From Candidatus Dojkabacteria bacterium (lineage in GTDB: Bacteria; Patescibacteriota; Dojkabacteria; JAHIVN01), in assembly GCA_016932045.1 (NCBI GenBank), contig JAFGDO010000011.1, forward strand, positions 5,997 to 69,996: DNA of 64,000 nucleotides, given 5' to 3'. Below the pieces are notes generated by a model. The model was not told where the DNA came from and made no database searches. It saw nothing but the letters and a program-made list of their open reading frames with translations. The translations under genes were made by a program, and so were the position numbers. Below, in pieces: positions 1 to 10,107 of the stretch. Positions within the stretch are counted from its first letter, which is position 1, and each line of letters starts with the position of its first letter.

Positions 1-8
1 GATATTTT

Positions 9-1343
9 GTGGTTCAGAAAGAATTTAGTACTCTTGAGAACAACGTAGAATTCTCCGAGCTTAAACAGTTAAATATAGCCTGCTTTAAAGAAAATGAAGA
101 AGAAATAAAGAATCTTCTAGGAATAAATGAGATTTCTCTGATAGAAGGTGATGTGTATGAATGGATGAAGAAACAAGATATTTCTACATTTATCTTATTA
201 GAACCAGCAAGAACTGATTTCCGATTAAAAACTCTATCTATTGATGGTGTTTATATATGGGAGAAGGGAGCAGATCTAGCAAACTATCCACTTTATTATG
301 AAGAATCTCAACAGATTGAAAAAAGTAAAGCGGAAGAGTGGGTTGAGACAAATTTTGATAGTTCATTCATCACAACTTATGTAGCAGCAGGGGAGATCAT
401 ACCTTCTCGTGCAGTTGCTCGTAAGTTTAGAAGAACAGGTGATTATAAGTACCCCTTTTATAATGTACAGGATTTATTCTGGAATGCGGATTTCTCTTCG
501 GCAGTACTGGAGAATTCTATGCTGGGAATGCCTGAACCCTGTTATGGCTGTACTTGGTTTACAAGTGATGAGGCCTTTATGGAGGGGCTTGTGTATTCTC
601 AAATTGACGTTCTAACCCCGGGAAATCATTTTATGGATGGAGGGATAAAGGCTGTTTCGCGAACAATTGATTTGCTTGACGAGGCTGAGATAAAGCATTC
701 GGGTTTTAGTAAGACTGATTTGGATGATGCAAGTCAACCTGCAATCTATGAAGTTGACGGTTTTAAATTTGCATTTCTAGGCTATGATGATGTTGCTTGG
801 TTTCATTGGGCAGGTCCTACATGGGGCGGTGTTGCTACTGTTTCACAAAGATTTGATAATGGTACTAAGAAAATTCTTACAGATAAAATTGAGTCAGACG
901 TCAAAAGGGCAAAGGAGCTTGCTGACTACGTTATTGTTATAATGAGTTGGGGAGATAGAGAATATATAAATTGGCCGCTTGAAAACCAAAAGCAGATGGG
1001 ACATGCATTTATCGATGCTGGTGCAGATCTTGTTCTCGGAACTCATCAACATTGGGTGAATACAGTTGAAATTTATGACGGTAAATTTATCTTTTATGGC
1101 ATGGGCAATTTTGTCTTTGATCAGACTCATACTGATCCGACACGCCAGGGAGTTATTTTAGAATTTTATTTCTTTGAAAAAAGATTAGTTAGTGCTAAAA
1201 TTATTCCACACCAAACCTGCGGGTATCATCAAACACAAGTTGATGACGAAAACTGTACCCATTTCCAACCCCAGATATTGGATGAAACTGATCCAGTTTA
1301 CAAAATAATTTGGGATAGGATGTTTGAATATTCCGAGATCTAG
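9..1343 (+). CDS. CapA/PgsA-family metallophosphoesterase (poly-gamma-glutamate synthesis-like); the GTG at 9 may not be the true start and the gene may extend 5' of the window
   Basis: The motifs GTHQHWVNTVEIYDGKFIFYGMGNFVFDQ and SWGDREY are typical of the CapA/YwtB calcineurin-like phosphoesterase family. The ORF is long and uninterrupted. Confidence 0.6.
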   Translation: MVQKEFSTLENNVEFSELKQLNIACFKENEEEIKNLLGINEISLIEGDVYEWMKKQDISTFILLEPARTDFRLKTLSIDGVYIWEKGADLANYPLYYEESQQIEKSKAEEWVETNFDSSFITTYVAAGEIIPSRAVARKFRRTGDYKYPFYNVQDLFWNADFSSAVLENSMLGMPEPCYGCTWFTSDEAFMEGLVYSQIDVLTPGNHFMDGGIKAVSRTIDLLDEAEIKHSGFSKTDLDDASQPAIYEVDGFKFAFLGYDDVAWFHWAGPTWGGVATVSQRFDNGTKKILTDKIESDVKRAKELADYVIVIMSWGDREYINWPLENQKQMGHAFIDAGADLVLGTHQHWVNTVEIYDGKFIFYGMGNFVFDQTHTDPTRQGVILEFYFFEKRLVSAKIIPHQTCGYHQTQVDDENCTHFQPQILDETDPVYKIIWDRMFEYSEI

Positions 1344-1415
1344 TCGAATCTTTTTGTAATATCGATTTGATATGAAATAAAAGTAGAATATACAGATCAA
1401 CAAAACTACGAGAAA

Positions 1416-2750
1416 ATGGCAGATATAAAATTACCACCACAAAGTAAAGAAGCAGAAAGAGCTGTTATTGGCTCTCTACTGTTGGATGAAGATGCAATTA
1501 TCAAAGTTGTTGATTTTCTTAAGCCGGATCATTTTTATGATCCTAGGCATGGCATGATCTACGAAAATATTACAAATCTTTTTGAGCAAAGAAAATCTAT
1601 AGATGTCCTTACGCTTACAAATCTTTTGAAAAGGAAAAAACAACTTAAGAAAGTGGGGGGAGTCACATATCTTTCAGAACTTGTCGGTGGTGTACCTAGT
1701 GCTTCTCATATAGAAGAATACGGTCAAATCGTAAAAGAAAAAAGCATCCGCAGAGGACTAATCCACGCCTCTTCATATATCAATGAAATGGCCTTTAATG
1801 AGGAGGAGGAGCTTGATAAACTTCTTGATAATGCAGAGCAAAAATTATTTTCAGTTACAGAGGAAAGTATAGAAAGAGATTTTGTTCATGTTTCAAAGCT
1901 TTTAGAGCAGGCATATGAGAGGGCCGAGGATGTAGATAAACAGAGTGATAAAATTCATGGAATAAGGACTGGTTACGCTTTGATAGATGCTATCCTTGGA
2001 GGGTTCCAGCAAAGTGATTTAATAATACTGGCTGCACGTCCTTCTGTTGGTAAAACTGCATTGGCTTTGGATATTGCTAGGCATATGGCCACCAGGGAGA
2101 AAAAAAATGTCGGCTTCTTCTCTCTTGAAATGTCAAATATGCAGCTTATGGATAGGCTACTTGCCATGCAAGTTAACGCAAATCTTTGGGACTTAAGGAT
2201 GGGAAAATTGCCGGATGAAGCCTTTGAAAGATTAGCTGATGCGATGGGTGTCTTGTCCGAATCTGGTCTTTTTATAGATGATACACCGGGTTTACATATC
2301 ATGGAGATGAGGACAAAGGCTCGCCGGATGATGGCAGAGTACAAGTTAGATTTAGTTGTAGTGGATTATCTCCAACTTATGCAGGGGAGGACTCGGGAGA
2401 ACAGAGTTCAGGAAGTCTCTGAGATATCAATGTTTCTAAAAAATTTAGCAAGAGAACTCGATATTCCAGTCCTTGCCTTGTCACAACTTTCTAGGGCAGT
2501 TGAAGCGAGAACAAGTAGGATACCCCAACTATCGGATCTTAGGGAGTCTGGTTCTTTGGAACAAGATGCGGATGTAGTAATGTTTATTCATCGGGAAGAG
2601 CTTTACAATCCAGAAACAGATAGAAAAGGTATAGCAGATTTGGTGATAGCAAAACATAGAAATGGTCCTACGGGTACGGTCGAATTGTACTTTGTGAAGG
2701 AGCAGGCAAGGTTTAGAGAGCTTGAGAAGAGGAGAAAGGAAGGGGAGTAG
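1416..2750 (+). CDS. dnaB: Replicative DNA helicase DnaB
   Basis: The N-terminal DnaB motif LPPQSKEAERAVIGSLLLD is present, with Walker A ARPSVGKTALALDIA and the RecA-like C-terminal domain. At 444 aa there is no intein insertion. Confidence 0.95.
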   Translation: MADIKLPPQSKEAERAVIGSLLLDEDAIIKVVDFLKPDHFYDPRHGMIYENITNLFEQRKSIDVLTLTNLLKRKKQLKKVGGVTYLSELVGGVPSASHIEEYGQIVKEKSIRRGLIHASSYINEMAFNEEEELDKLLDNAEQKLFSVTEESIERDFVHVSKLLEQAYERAEDVDKQSDKIHGIRTGYALIDAILGGFQQSDLIILAARPSVGKTALALDIARHMATREKKNVGFFSLEMSNMQLMDRLLAMQVNANLWDLRMGKLPDEAFERLADAMGVLSESGLFIDDTPGLHIMEMRTKARRMMAEYKLDLVVVDYLQLMQGRTRENRVQEVSEISMFLKNLARELDIPVLALSQLSRAVEARTSRIPQLSDLRESGSLEQDADVVMFIHREELYNPETDRKGIADLVIAKHRNGPTGTVELYFVKEQARFRELEKRRKEGE

Positions 2751-2754
2751 TTGA

Positions 2755-2800
2755 AAATTAAGAATTAACAATTAAGAATTAATAATTAATAATTAATGAT
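2755..2800. repeat. AT-rich CAATTAAGAATTAA-type motif array, copy 1 of 3
   Basis: The sequence aaattaagaattaacaattaagaattaataattaataattaatg lies directly after the dnaB stop. It is similar to the sequences at 39051-39115 and 54625-54690. Confidence 0.4.
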
Positions 2801-2911
2801 TTGGAACTTATTCACAACTTTTATTTTCTTCTGATTTTTACTTATCCCACTGTTTACTTTTCGTCTCTTGGATTGTAAAATTACACTAATTTAATTTAAG
2901 CAATTATTTAT

Positions 2912-3226
2912 ATGGATTTTACACAAAAGGACCCAAATGTTATGACTTTTATGATGCAAATAGTTCAAGAGAAGCACGGGGATAACATTGATAGCAAGTT
3001 TTTAGAGGAGGAAGCTTCAAAACTCTATGATGAATTTGGCGATAAACTAGTAAGTTATTTTGAACCCATGCTAACAGAAGAACAAAAGACTCAGTTTGAC
3101 GGTCTTGTACAGCAGGGAGCAGATAAAAATCAATTGTTGGAATTTTTAGTCGGAGCTATAGATAATCTTGAGCAAAGGATACTAGATATTCTTATGCAGT
3201 ATAAGAATGACTATCTCAGTCGATAA
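2912..3226 (+). CDS. Hypothetical acidic protein (104 aa)
   Basis: ORF in an intergenic gap; I recognise no motif. Confidence 0.35.
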   Translation: MDFTQKDPNVMTFMMQIVQEKHGDNIDSKFLEEEASKLYDEFGDKLVSYFEPMLTEEQKTQFDGLVQQGADKNQLLEFLVGAIDNLEQRILDILMQYKNDYLSR

Positions 3227-3312
3227 TTATTGAGACCAGATAGAGGAAATTGTATAACGATCTAGCTTGACTTCATTGCAAAACTTTACATTAACTTTTT
3301 ACCTTAATTGTT

Positions 3313-3807
3313 GTGCCTATAGGGATGCCAACTCCTTCATTTGAGAGAGCAGCTGAACAAATAAAGCAGCAGGCTCATGAAAAACAAACTCAGGTGAGGG
3401 AACAACTATCAAAAACTGATCAGGGAATTGAGCAGCTTCAACAGAAGGCAAATTCTATAAAGTCAGCTATTAAAAGTATTCAGGGGGCGATGGCTAAACT
3501 TCAAGTCCAAGCTCAGCAGAATCCCCAGCTTAAACAACATCCGACTTACCAACAAAGGATGTCTGCATATAGAGAAAAACTTGATGAATATAAAGATGCT
3601 CTAAAGAAGGTTGAAGGCCAGATAGAGATGCTCAGAGGCAGAAAATTTCAACTGAGAAACGCGCTTATCCGAATTGCTGGACAAGCGTCTTCGCAATTGT
3701 CACAGGTGAGGAAAAAGCAGGATGCTGCGAAACAGCAAAAGGCAGCCCAAGCCCAGCAGACAAAGAAAAAGACGGGAAAGGGCGAATCAGGGAAGGTAAG
3801 AGGATAA
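3313..3807 (+). CDS. Hypothetical Q/K-rich coiled-coil protein
   Basis: 164-aa ORF with heptad-like Q/K/A-rich composition. Confidence 0.4.
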   Translation: MPIGMPTPSFERAAEQIKQQAHEKQTQVREQLSKTDQGIEQLQQKANSIKSAIKSIQGAMAKLQVQAQQNPQLKQHPTYQQRMSAYREKLDEYKDALKKVEGQIEMLRGRKFQLRNALIRIAGQASSQLSQVRKKQDAAKQQKAAQAQQTKKKTGKGESGKVRG

Positions 3808-4023
3808 TTATCTATCTCCACATATTTGAGAACTATATCCAATATTTAAACGTGTAATACCTTCGGGTATCTATGAAACACAATACTTATTATGGGACTT
3901 AAGATACAGGGCGATAACAGCCGAGTTATGTGAAACGGCATTTTGTATATGATAAACTTGTGGCTTCGTCTTGTTTTGCAGTATAATTTCTCTCATTATA
4001 ATGAGAGAAATTAATTATTTGCT

Positions 4024-4109
4024 GCCGGAGTGGCGGAACTGGTAGACGCGCACGACTCAAAATCGTGTCTTCTTTACAGGAGGTGAGGGTTCGATTCCCT
4101 CCTCCGGCA
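4024..4109 (+). tRNA. tRNA-Leu(CAA), type II with a long variable arm
   Basis: The sequence is GCCGGAG UG GCGG AACUGGUAGA CGCG CACGA-CUCAAAA-UCGUG ... GAGGG-UUCGAUU-CCCUC CUCCGGC A. It is a near-identical scaffold to E. coli tRNA-Leu. The anticodon loop reads CU-CAA-AA. No CCA is encoded. Confidence 0.85.
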
Positions 4110-4131
4110 TATTTGTTTACATTTCAAGTCA

Positions 4132-5085
4132 ATGAATCAAGAAGCATATATCTATACAAGAATCGAAACAAGGGGATCAGCTGTGCAGGAGCTGGGCAAT
4201 ATGAGCTCAGGAGATTTCAGTACTCGATTCGAAGATGGATCTATTCAGACATTGGTAGCTAGAGATTATCCTGAACTTAGGGAGGCCAATCTATCAAGAG
4301 CAGGTTATGAAGTAATCCATAGTATCGCAAGGCTGGGAGAGTATATAGATCAGCGATTAGCGGGTTTGGGTGAGGAGATCAAGTTTCAACTTATAAGAGT
4401 GGTAGAGGAAGCTTTCTTACATGCTATATTAATTAGAAGGACTTTGGCAGAAATTCGTGCTAAAGAATCTTTTGCAATCAGAATGTGTGGGTTAAGACCT
4501 ATCACTAGTGGTGAATTAGATGTTATTTCTGAAAGTCTTTTTGGAGATAGAACTCTACTGAGTAGATCGAGTGAAGGAATTATCCCAGCTATGAGGGCTT
4601 TTGTAGATGCTTCATTCCTGCAGAGCATTGCAAGATTCCTTGGTGCTCGTGGGGTTGATGCAGAACGCCTTTTAAAAGTGGGCCTTTATAATAGAGATCA
4701 TGACACCAGGGAGAATATTATGGTAGAGTGTGGATTAAGAGGGCGGGCATTGTCTACTAATGAGGCTAGGTCCGATCCTTTAAAGAATATTGTAATAATT
4801 CCGATTTTACAGATTGCAAATTTACTGAGTCAGCATCCCGAGAAAGTAGATCTTGCTGTAAGAATTATAAATGCACAACTTAACGGAAGAGTACTTGCAA
4901 GAAGAGCACTAGATATTGCAGGCAAAGAAGAATATGATAAGAGTGGACTTAACCTAGTTTTCTTTTTAAAAGGAGGTATTTTCTGGTTTGGTGAGGAAGA
5001 TGTTGCCGGAACAATTGGGAAAAATATTAAAGAGCTAGGAGAATTGGCAAAAAGAGAAGGGCAGGTATTGCAGAAGGAACCTTAG
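4132..5085 (+). CDS. Hypothetical protein (317 aa)
   Basis: Long ORF immediately after the tRNA. I recognise no family. Confidence 0.5.
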   Translation: MNQEAYIYTRIETRGSAVQELGNMSSGDFSTRFEDGSIQTLVARDYPELREANLSRAGYEVIHSIARLGEYIDQRLAGLGEEIKFQLIRVVEEAFLHAILIRRTLAEIRAKESFAIRMCGLRPITSGELDVISESLFGDRTLLSRSSEGIIPAMRAFVDASFLQSIARFLGARGVDAERLLKVGLYNRDHDTRENIMVECGLRGRALSTNEARSDPLKNIVIIPILQIANLLSQHPEKVDLAVRIINAQLNGRVLARRALDIAGKEEYDKSGLNLVFFLKGGIFWFGEEDVAGTIGKNIKELGELAKREGQVLQKEP

Positions 5086-5218
5086 GCATAGTCATAAGTT
5101 GCAATACAGGAGAAAGCTAAGTGATCGAACATATGTATTTTGTTCAGCTAAATTTTCTGATAGACTTTATTCTTGATTTTGCCCCAAGCAAAGCTTTTTA
5201 TTTATTATCTTTTTATAT

Positions 5219-5782
5219 ATGGCGACACTTGATAGTACTGAGCTCAGGAAAGGGATAGTATTTAAAGATAGTGGTAAGGTTTTTATAGTACTTACATATA
5301 AACATGTAAAGAAGGGTAGAGGGCTTGCAATAATAAGGGTGAAGGTAAGAGATGTGGAAAGTGGCTCGATTGTCGAAAAAACATATTCAAGCAAAGAAAG
5401 AGTTGAATCGGCTGATTTAGAGCACAAGGATGCACAGTATCTCTATAGTGATGCTGATTATTTCTATTTCATGGATTGTTCTGACTATTCTCAATTTCAA
5501 ATTTCCAGAAAGATAGTTGAAGACTATAAGGATTTTTTGACGGAGGGGTTGAAAATCAAGACATTGTGGCTTGAAGATAAGGTTGTTGGTTTGCAAGTGC
5601 CCAAGAAAGTAGTACTTGAGGTTGTAAGTACAGAACCGGGAATAGTTGGGGATACAGCAGGAAGTGCTACTAAAAATGCTGACCTAGAAACTGGGTTAAA
5701 AATACAAGTACCAATATTTATAAAAAAGGGTGATAAAATTATTGTGAATACTGAGTTAGTTACTTATGTTTCAAAGGAGTGA
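5219..5782 (+). CDS. efp: Translation elongation factor P
   Basis: The segment VKKGRGLAIIRVKVRDVESGSIVEKTY contains the KxGRG loop. Three OB-like domains are present and the length is ~187 aa. Confidence 0.9.
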   Translation: MATLDSTELRKGIVFKDSGKVFIVLTYKHVKKGRGLAIIRVKVRDVESGSIVEKTYSSKERVESADLEHKDAQYLYSDADYFYFMDCSDYSQFQISRKIVEDYKDFLTEGLKIKTLWLEDKVVGLQVPKKVVLEVVSTEPGIVGDTAGSATKNADLETGLKIQVPIFIKKGDKIIVNTELVTYVSKE

Positions 5783-5878
5783 GAACTAAGCAGTACGAAA
5801 AATTTTAAAAAATATAAAATTTTGTTATTATGTAAAGACTTTAATTCTGACTAAGTTATTTTTTAATTATTTACTAAT

Positions 5879-6601
5879 ATGTGGGATTTCTTATTAGATT
5901 TAGTTCAGGCAAATGAGAGCGTTAACTATGCTTTCATACTGGCAGTTGTTGCTTCTTACGTATTTCTCATATGGTTTGTCATATGTATATGGGTTTTCTT
6001 TGATGCAAGGAAGCGTTTTCGATCGGTTATTACCTCTATTCTACTCTCGGTTTTTTCCTTGCTCTTTGGTCCACCTGCATTAATATTCTACATTATGATA
6101 AGGCCGGAGCATACTCTTGAAGAGGAGTATTATATGAATCTTGCTCTGACTGGGGAGCGAGAGACAAGACCTATCTATTTTGAAGGTGAGCAGGGTTTTG
6201 AGATTGCTTTCTCCGTTTCTGTACAACCTAAGAGTGTTGAAGGAGGTAAGCATGAGATGATGATGAACGTATCATGGATGCCGCAAAAGACTGAGAAGAT
6301 AGAAGTTCGCGCAGAGGTCCCACACGAGAAAAAGGCATATTCTGCAGGGGTTAAAGGTGCATTGAAAGGCTTTATGAGGAAACTAAAAGCAAAAGCCAAT
6401 ACGTTAAGGGAGGCAAGACGTGCAAGAATAGAAAAGGCAAAGGAAAGAGAGAGGGATAAAGCAGAGAGAGTGGAGGAGAAAATGCCTAAAGAAAGTGAAC
6501 AGGATAGGGATATTCAAAAGGATATTTCACTGAACCAGAACAATCAGTTTCAAGTGAAGAGATCGAAAAAGAAGAAAAAGAAAAAAAAGAAAAAGAAATA
6601 A
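5879..6601 (+). CDS. Membrane protein with a poly-lysine C-terminal tail
   Basis: There are two N-terminal TM helices. The C-terminus KRSKKKKKKKKKKK is encoded by a long A-rich tract. Confidence 0.45.
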   Translation: MWDFLLDLVQANESVNYAFILAVVASYVFLIWFVICIWVFFDARKRFRSVITSILLSVFSLLFGPPALIFYIMIRPEHTLEEEYYMNLALTGERETRPIYFEGEQGFEIAFSVSVQPKSVEGGKHEMMMNVSWMPQKTEKIEVRAEVPHEKKAYSAGVKGALKGFMRKLKAKANTLREARRARIEKAKERERDKAERVEEKMPKESEQDRDIQKDISLNQNNQFQVKRSKKKKKKKKKKK

Positions 6602-6647
6602 GAACATAGGATTCCCACTAAAGAGTATTTTATCTGAAACTTTTATA

Positions 6648-7952
6648 TTGAGTATTTTGAGCACCCTTGGCAAGGTAAAAAAGGCGGTTTTATCTAGCAG
6701 GAACTTCTTGCTACTTTGGTTAGCTCAGTTATTTACCCAAAGTGCTGTGAGTATCATTACAATTCTTATGGGTATTCTTTCCGATGAAGGTACTCTATCT
6801 TCAGGAACAAAAGATTCTGCAACAAGCATCGGCATAATTGTTAACCTTTCAACACTTCCTGGTCTTGTCATATCTCCCATAGCAGGGGTATTGGCTGACT
6901 GGTTTAATAAGAAAAAGATCATGCTCTTTTCAAATTTATGTAGGTTGATTCTACTTATTTTATTTATATTAGTAAGAGGGTGGGAGAATCTGATTTTATC
7001 TTATTCACTAGTATTTATTCTTTCTATAATACTTCAGTTTTTCATTCCAGCAGAAGGCGGACTTATTCCGAGAGTTGCTGGTAAGAAGTACCTTTTGCTA
7101 GCAAGCTCTCTTTTTTCCCTAACAGTTTATACTACTCTGGCTGTTGGACTTGCGTTAGCCGGGCTTGTCTTGAATGTATTTGGTGTAGGAAGCACATTTG
7201 TCATTTGTGGTTTATTATTTGTGATAAGTGACTTTTTATTGATGCAGGTGAGAGTTCCGCGTAATGGTTCTGAGAGTAAATCATTTAAATATCTTTTTGA
7301 TTTTCTGAAAGAATTGATAACGGATGTTAAAAGTGGTATTTCCTATGCTTTTAAAATTAAACCTCTTAGGTTTGCACTTGTCCATCTTTTGCTTTTGCAA
7401 ATAGTTGCTCTTACTCTTGTAACAATAGTTTTCAGAATAGGGAGTGAAATATATGGGGTCTCCCCTCGAAGTGCAGGAATTGTCGTATTTGCTCCTATTG
7501 TTATCGGTTTACTTGTCGGGATTGCCTCTCTGAATATATTTGGGAAAGAGAGGAACAGGACACATCTTATCTGGGTTGGAACGATTTTTAGCATAATAGG
7601 CTTTGGCTTTATGGCAATGATATCAGCTATGAATGGCATGTTAGAGAAAGTCTTTCTTGATGAGGCTGTGGCAACAATTAGTCTAATTGCGGTGGGGTTA
7701 TCTGTTCCTTTTCTTCTCATTCCTGCTCAAACAATGATACATGAAAATACAAAGTCAAGTTTTAGGGGACGGGTACTTGGAATTTGGCTAGCATTAAACT
7801 CATCTTTTTCTTCTATCATAGCTGTTTTTATGGGAATTATAACTGATAAAGTAGGAGATATCTTTATTACGATTATGACCATTTTGATTTTAGCTATTTT
7901 ATATTCTGGTACTATCTTCTATCTTTATATAGTTAAGAAAAAGACGCTATGA
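6648..7952 (+). CDS. MFS transporter
   Basis: ~12 predicted TM segments. The N-terminal motif RNFLLLWLAQLFTQ is typical of MFS_3-type exporters. Confidence 0.8.
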   Translation: MSILSTLGKVKKAVLSSRNFLLLWLAQLFTQSAVSIITILMGILSDEGTLSSGTKDSATSIGIIVNLSTLPGLVISPIAGVLADWFNKKKIMLFSNLCRLILLILFILVRGWENLILSYSLVFILSIILQFFIPAEGGLIPRVAGKKYLLLASSLFSLTVYTTLAVGLALAGLVLNVFGVGSTFVICGLLFVISDFLLMQVRVPRNGSESKSFKYLFDFLKELITDVKSGISYAFKIKPLRFALVHLLLLQIVALTLVTIVFRIGSEIYGVSPRSAGIVVFAPIVIGLLVGIASLNIFGKERNRTHLIWVGTIFSIIGFGFMAMISAMNGMLEKVFLDEAVATISLIAVGLSVPFLLIPAQTMIHENTKSSFRGRVLGIWLALNSSFSSIIAVFMGIITDKVGDIFITIMTILILAILYSGTIFYLYIVKKKTL

Positions 7953-8935
7953 TTTCTTTTAGGAATTTAACAATCCCTGCTTTCTTGGTTTTTGAGATTT
8001 TGTCAGCTATCATGGTAAGTTTTTTCTTCTGGCGGAAGAAACGTGAGGGGAACTTGAAGAGTGAATCAATATTCGATCTGATTTTTGCCCATATAGCCCT
8101 AAGCATTGTATTGGGAAGAATTCTATATGTGTTAAACAACTCTGATCGTTTTGGTCAACTAAGTTGGTCAATATATCCGTATTATTATGAACCAGGTGCT
8201 GAGAGGGTCTGGTTTAAACAAATGCCATGGATCTTATTGAAGTTCTGGGATAGAGGTATTGAACCTGTAGGTATTATGCTTGGTGGTATTGTTGTCACTC
8301 TTTTATTTGTTCGGATAAAGAAACTTTCGCATAGATTCTATTATACAGTCGTTCTGGGTCTTTGTGTTTCTCAGATTATTCAAGCCATCGGTTTCTTTTT
8401 AGGAAGTGATTATATTGGGAAAATAACCGAGTTGCCAATCGGAATTGCGTATTCTGGTCAAGGCGAGGGTTTAAGGTTTCCTGTCCAGTTTGTTGAAGCT
8501 CTTGTTCTGCTGGTAACAATATTTTTGTCAAACTATTTAAGTAGGATAAAGAGAAACAAAGGAATTTTGGGTTTATATCTATTGACATTTGGTGTTCTTC
8601 AAATTGCAGTTGAATTATTAAAAGATAAAGAAGATGCAATTTCCCGAATAACAATTACACAGATTGTTTTAACTTTTATAGTTTTTATAGGCGTTTTGAT
8701 CCTTATATTTTCTTACCAACAGAAAGAATTATCGGTAAAAAGCGAAGGAGAATTTGTCCCGTCTGGTCCGGTATCGAGATCGGAAAGAGAGAGTGTGTCT
8801 GAGGCAAGAGTTCAGTACAGTTATAGGGATTTTCAGTCTTCATCGAAACAACGCGTGGGGAGCAGTGAATCTTTTTTTACAAGGATAAAGGAAAAATTAT
8901 TCAAAAAGAAGCGAGAAGCATCTCGATCAACATGA
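7949..8935 (+). CDS. lgt: Prolipoprotein diacylglyceryl transferase-like (divergent), with a Ser-rich C-terminal extension
   Basis: LGRILYVL resembles the GGRIGYVLFY motif. [26 protein letters not shown] resembles [38 protein letters not shown] resembles PRHPSQLYELLLEG. The ATGA start overlaps the MFS stop. Confidence 0.55.
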   Translation: [328 protein letters not shown]

Positions 8936-9079
8936 TTCACCTAGTTTAGCAGAAGTGATGCTAACGATAGAATGTGTAGATATTGCACAGTATATATGTT
9001 ATTCTTCTCTTGAGCAAAATTAAGTTTATAATCTAAAACTTAATTTTTTGTCCACGTTTTTATTTATTATATACAGTCT

Positions 9080-10036
9080 GTGTTGTTATCTTTAACTTCC
9101 TCTAATAAAGACATTCAAAAGAGGCTGGATGTATTCTTAAGCGAAAAAATGAGGGATGAGAGTAGGAGTTTTATTCAGAAGCTTATAAGGGCAGGGCATG
9201 TGGGAGTAAATGAGAAGATAGTAAAAAAGGGCAGTTTTAGACTAAAAGAGAAGAGCAAGATTAAAGTAGATGTAAAAAAACATACAGGTGTTGAAACAAA
9301 TATCAAGGCTGTATCTATTCCTCTTGATATACTGTACCAAGATAAGGACCTTATTGTAGTAAACAAGGAAAGCGGCATTTGTGTCCATCCTTCAAAGGGT
9401 AATTGGGATAACACCTTAATAAATGGACTACTCTTTAAGTTTAAAAGTTTAAGTAAAGTTGGAACTCCAAACAAGTTTGGTCTAATTCATAGAATTGACA
9501 AGGATACGTCAGGGTTGGTACTTATTGCTTTAAATAACAAGGCATTGTGGTATTTTTCTCGCCAGTTTGAAGAAAGAGAGGTAAAAAAAGAGTACATAGC
9601 TGTAGTTACGGGTGATGCAGGAAAAATATTCGGAAAAGAAAGTTTCGGAGTTTCCAATTATATCGGCCGGCATCCTATAAAACGGAAAAAGCTTGCTGTT
9701 GTAAAAAAAGAAAGGGGTAGACTTGCAACTACCTACTTTAATTTTTTGTCAGTAATGGAAGCTACAAACCAGAAAAAAATATCTTTAGTACTTGCAAAGC
9801 CAGTAACTGGTAGGACGCATCAGATTAGAGTACATCTTGCACATCTGTCGCTACCGATTTTAGGCGACGCTGTTTATGGGAATATGAAGTACAAACGACT
9901 TATGTTGCATGCTTACAAGATAAAGTTGAAAATGCTAGACGGGAACGAAAGGACATTTGTAGCGCCTGTACCTCGTGTTTTCTGTGAATTATTCAATATA
10001 AAGAACTTATTGCATGAAGAATTTATTTCTGGCTAA
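9080..10036 (+). CDS. rluD: RluA-family 23S rRNA pseudouridine synthase (RluD-like) with an S4 domain
   Basis: S4-like RLDVFLSEKM...IRAGHVGVNEK is present. The catalytic motif HRIDKDTSGLVLIA contains the Asp. GRTHQIRVHLA is also present. Confidence 0.85.
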   Translation: MLLSLTSSNKDIQKRLDVFLSEKMRDESRSFIQKLIRAGHVGVNEKIVKKGSFRLKEKSKIKVDVKKHTGVETNIKAVSIPLDILYQDKDLIVVNKESGICVHPSKGNWDNTLINGLLFKFKSLSKVGTPNKFGLIHRIDKDTSGLVLIALNNKALWYFSRQFEEREVKKEYIAVVTGDAGKIFGKESFGVSNYIGRHPIKRKKLAVVKKERGRLATTYFNFLSVMEATNQKKISLVLAKPVTGRTHQIRVHLAHLSLPILGDAVYGNMKYKRLMLHAYKIKLKMLDGNERTFVAPVPRVFCELFNIKNLLHEEFISG

Positions 10037-10107
10037 AGGGCATAAATAGAAAGAGGGGATATTGAAGTGAAAATGTTTTGCTTACTTAAAGATAAAATTA
10101 CAATTTT

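Noticed and set aside
1416-2750. Possible intein in dnaB, a common intein host
   Set aside because: At 444 aa with contiguous helicase motifs there is no insertion. The only Hint-like module in the window is in the secreted protein at 44086-44526.
4065-4262. 65-aa ORF overlapping the tRNA-Leu
   Set aside because: It is read through a tRNA gene, and its start lies within the tRNA. It is spurious.
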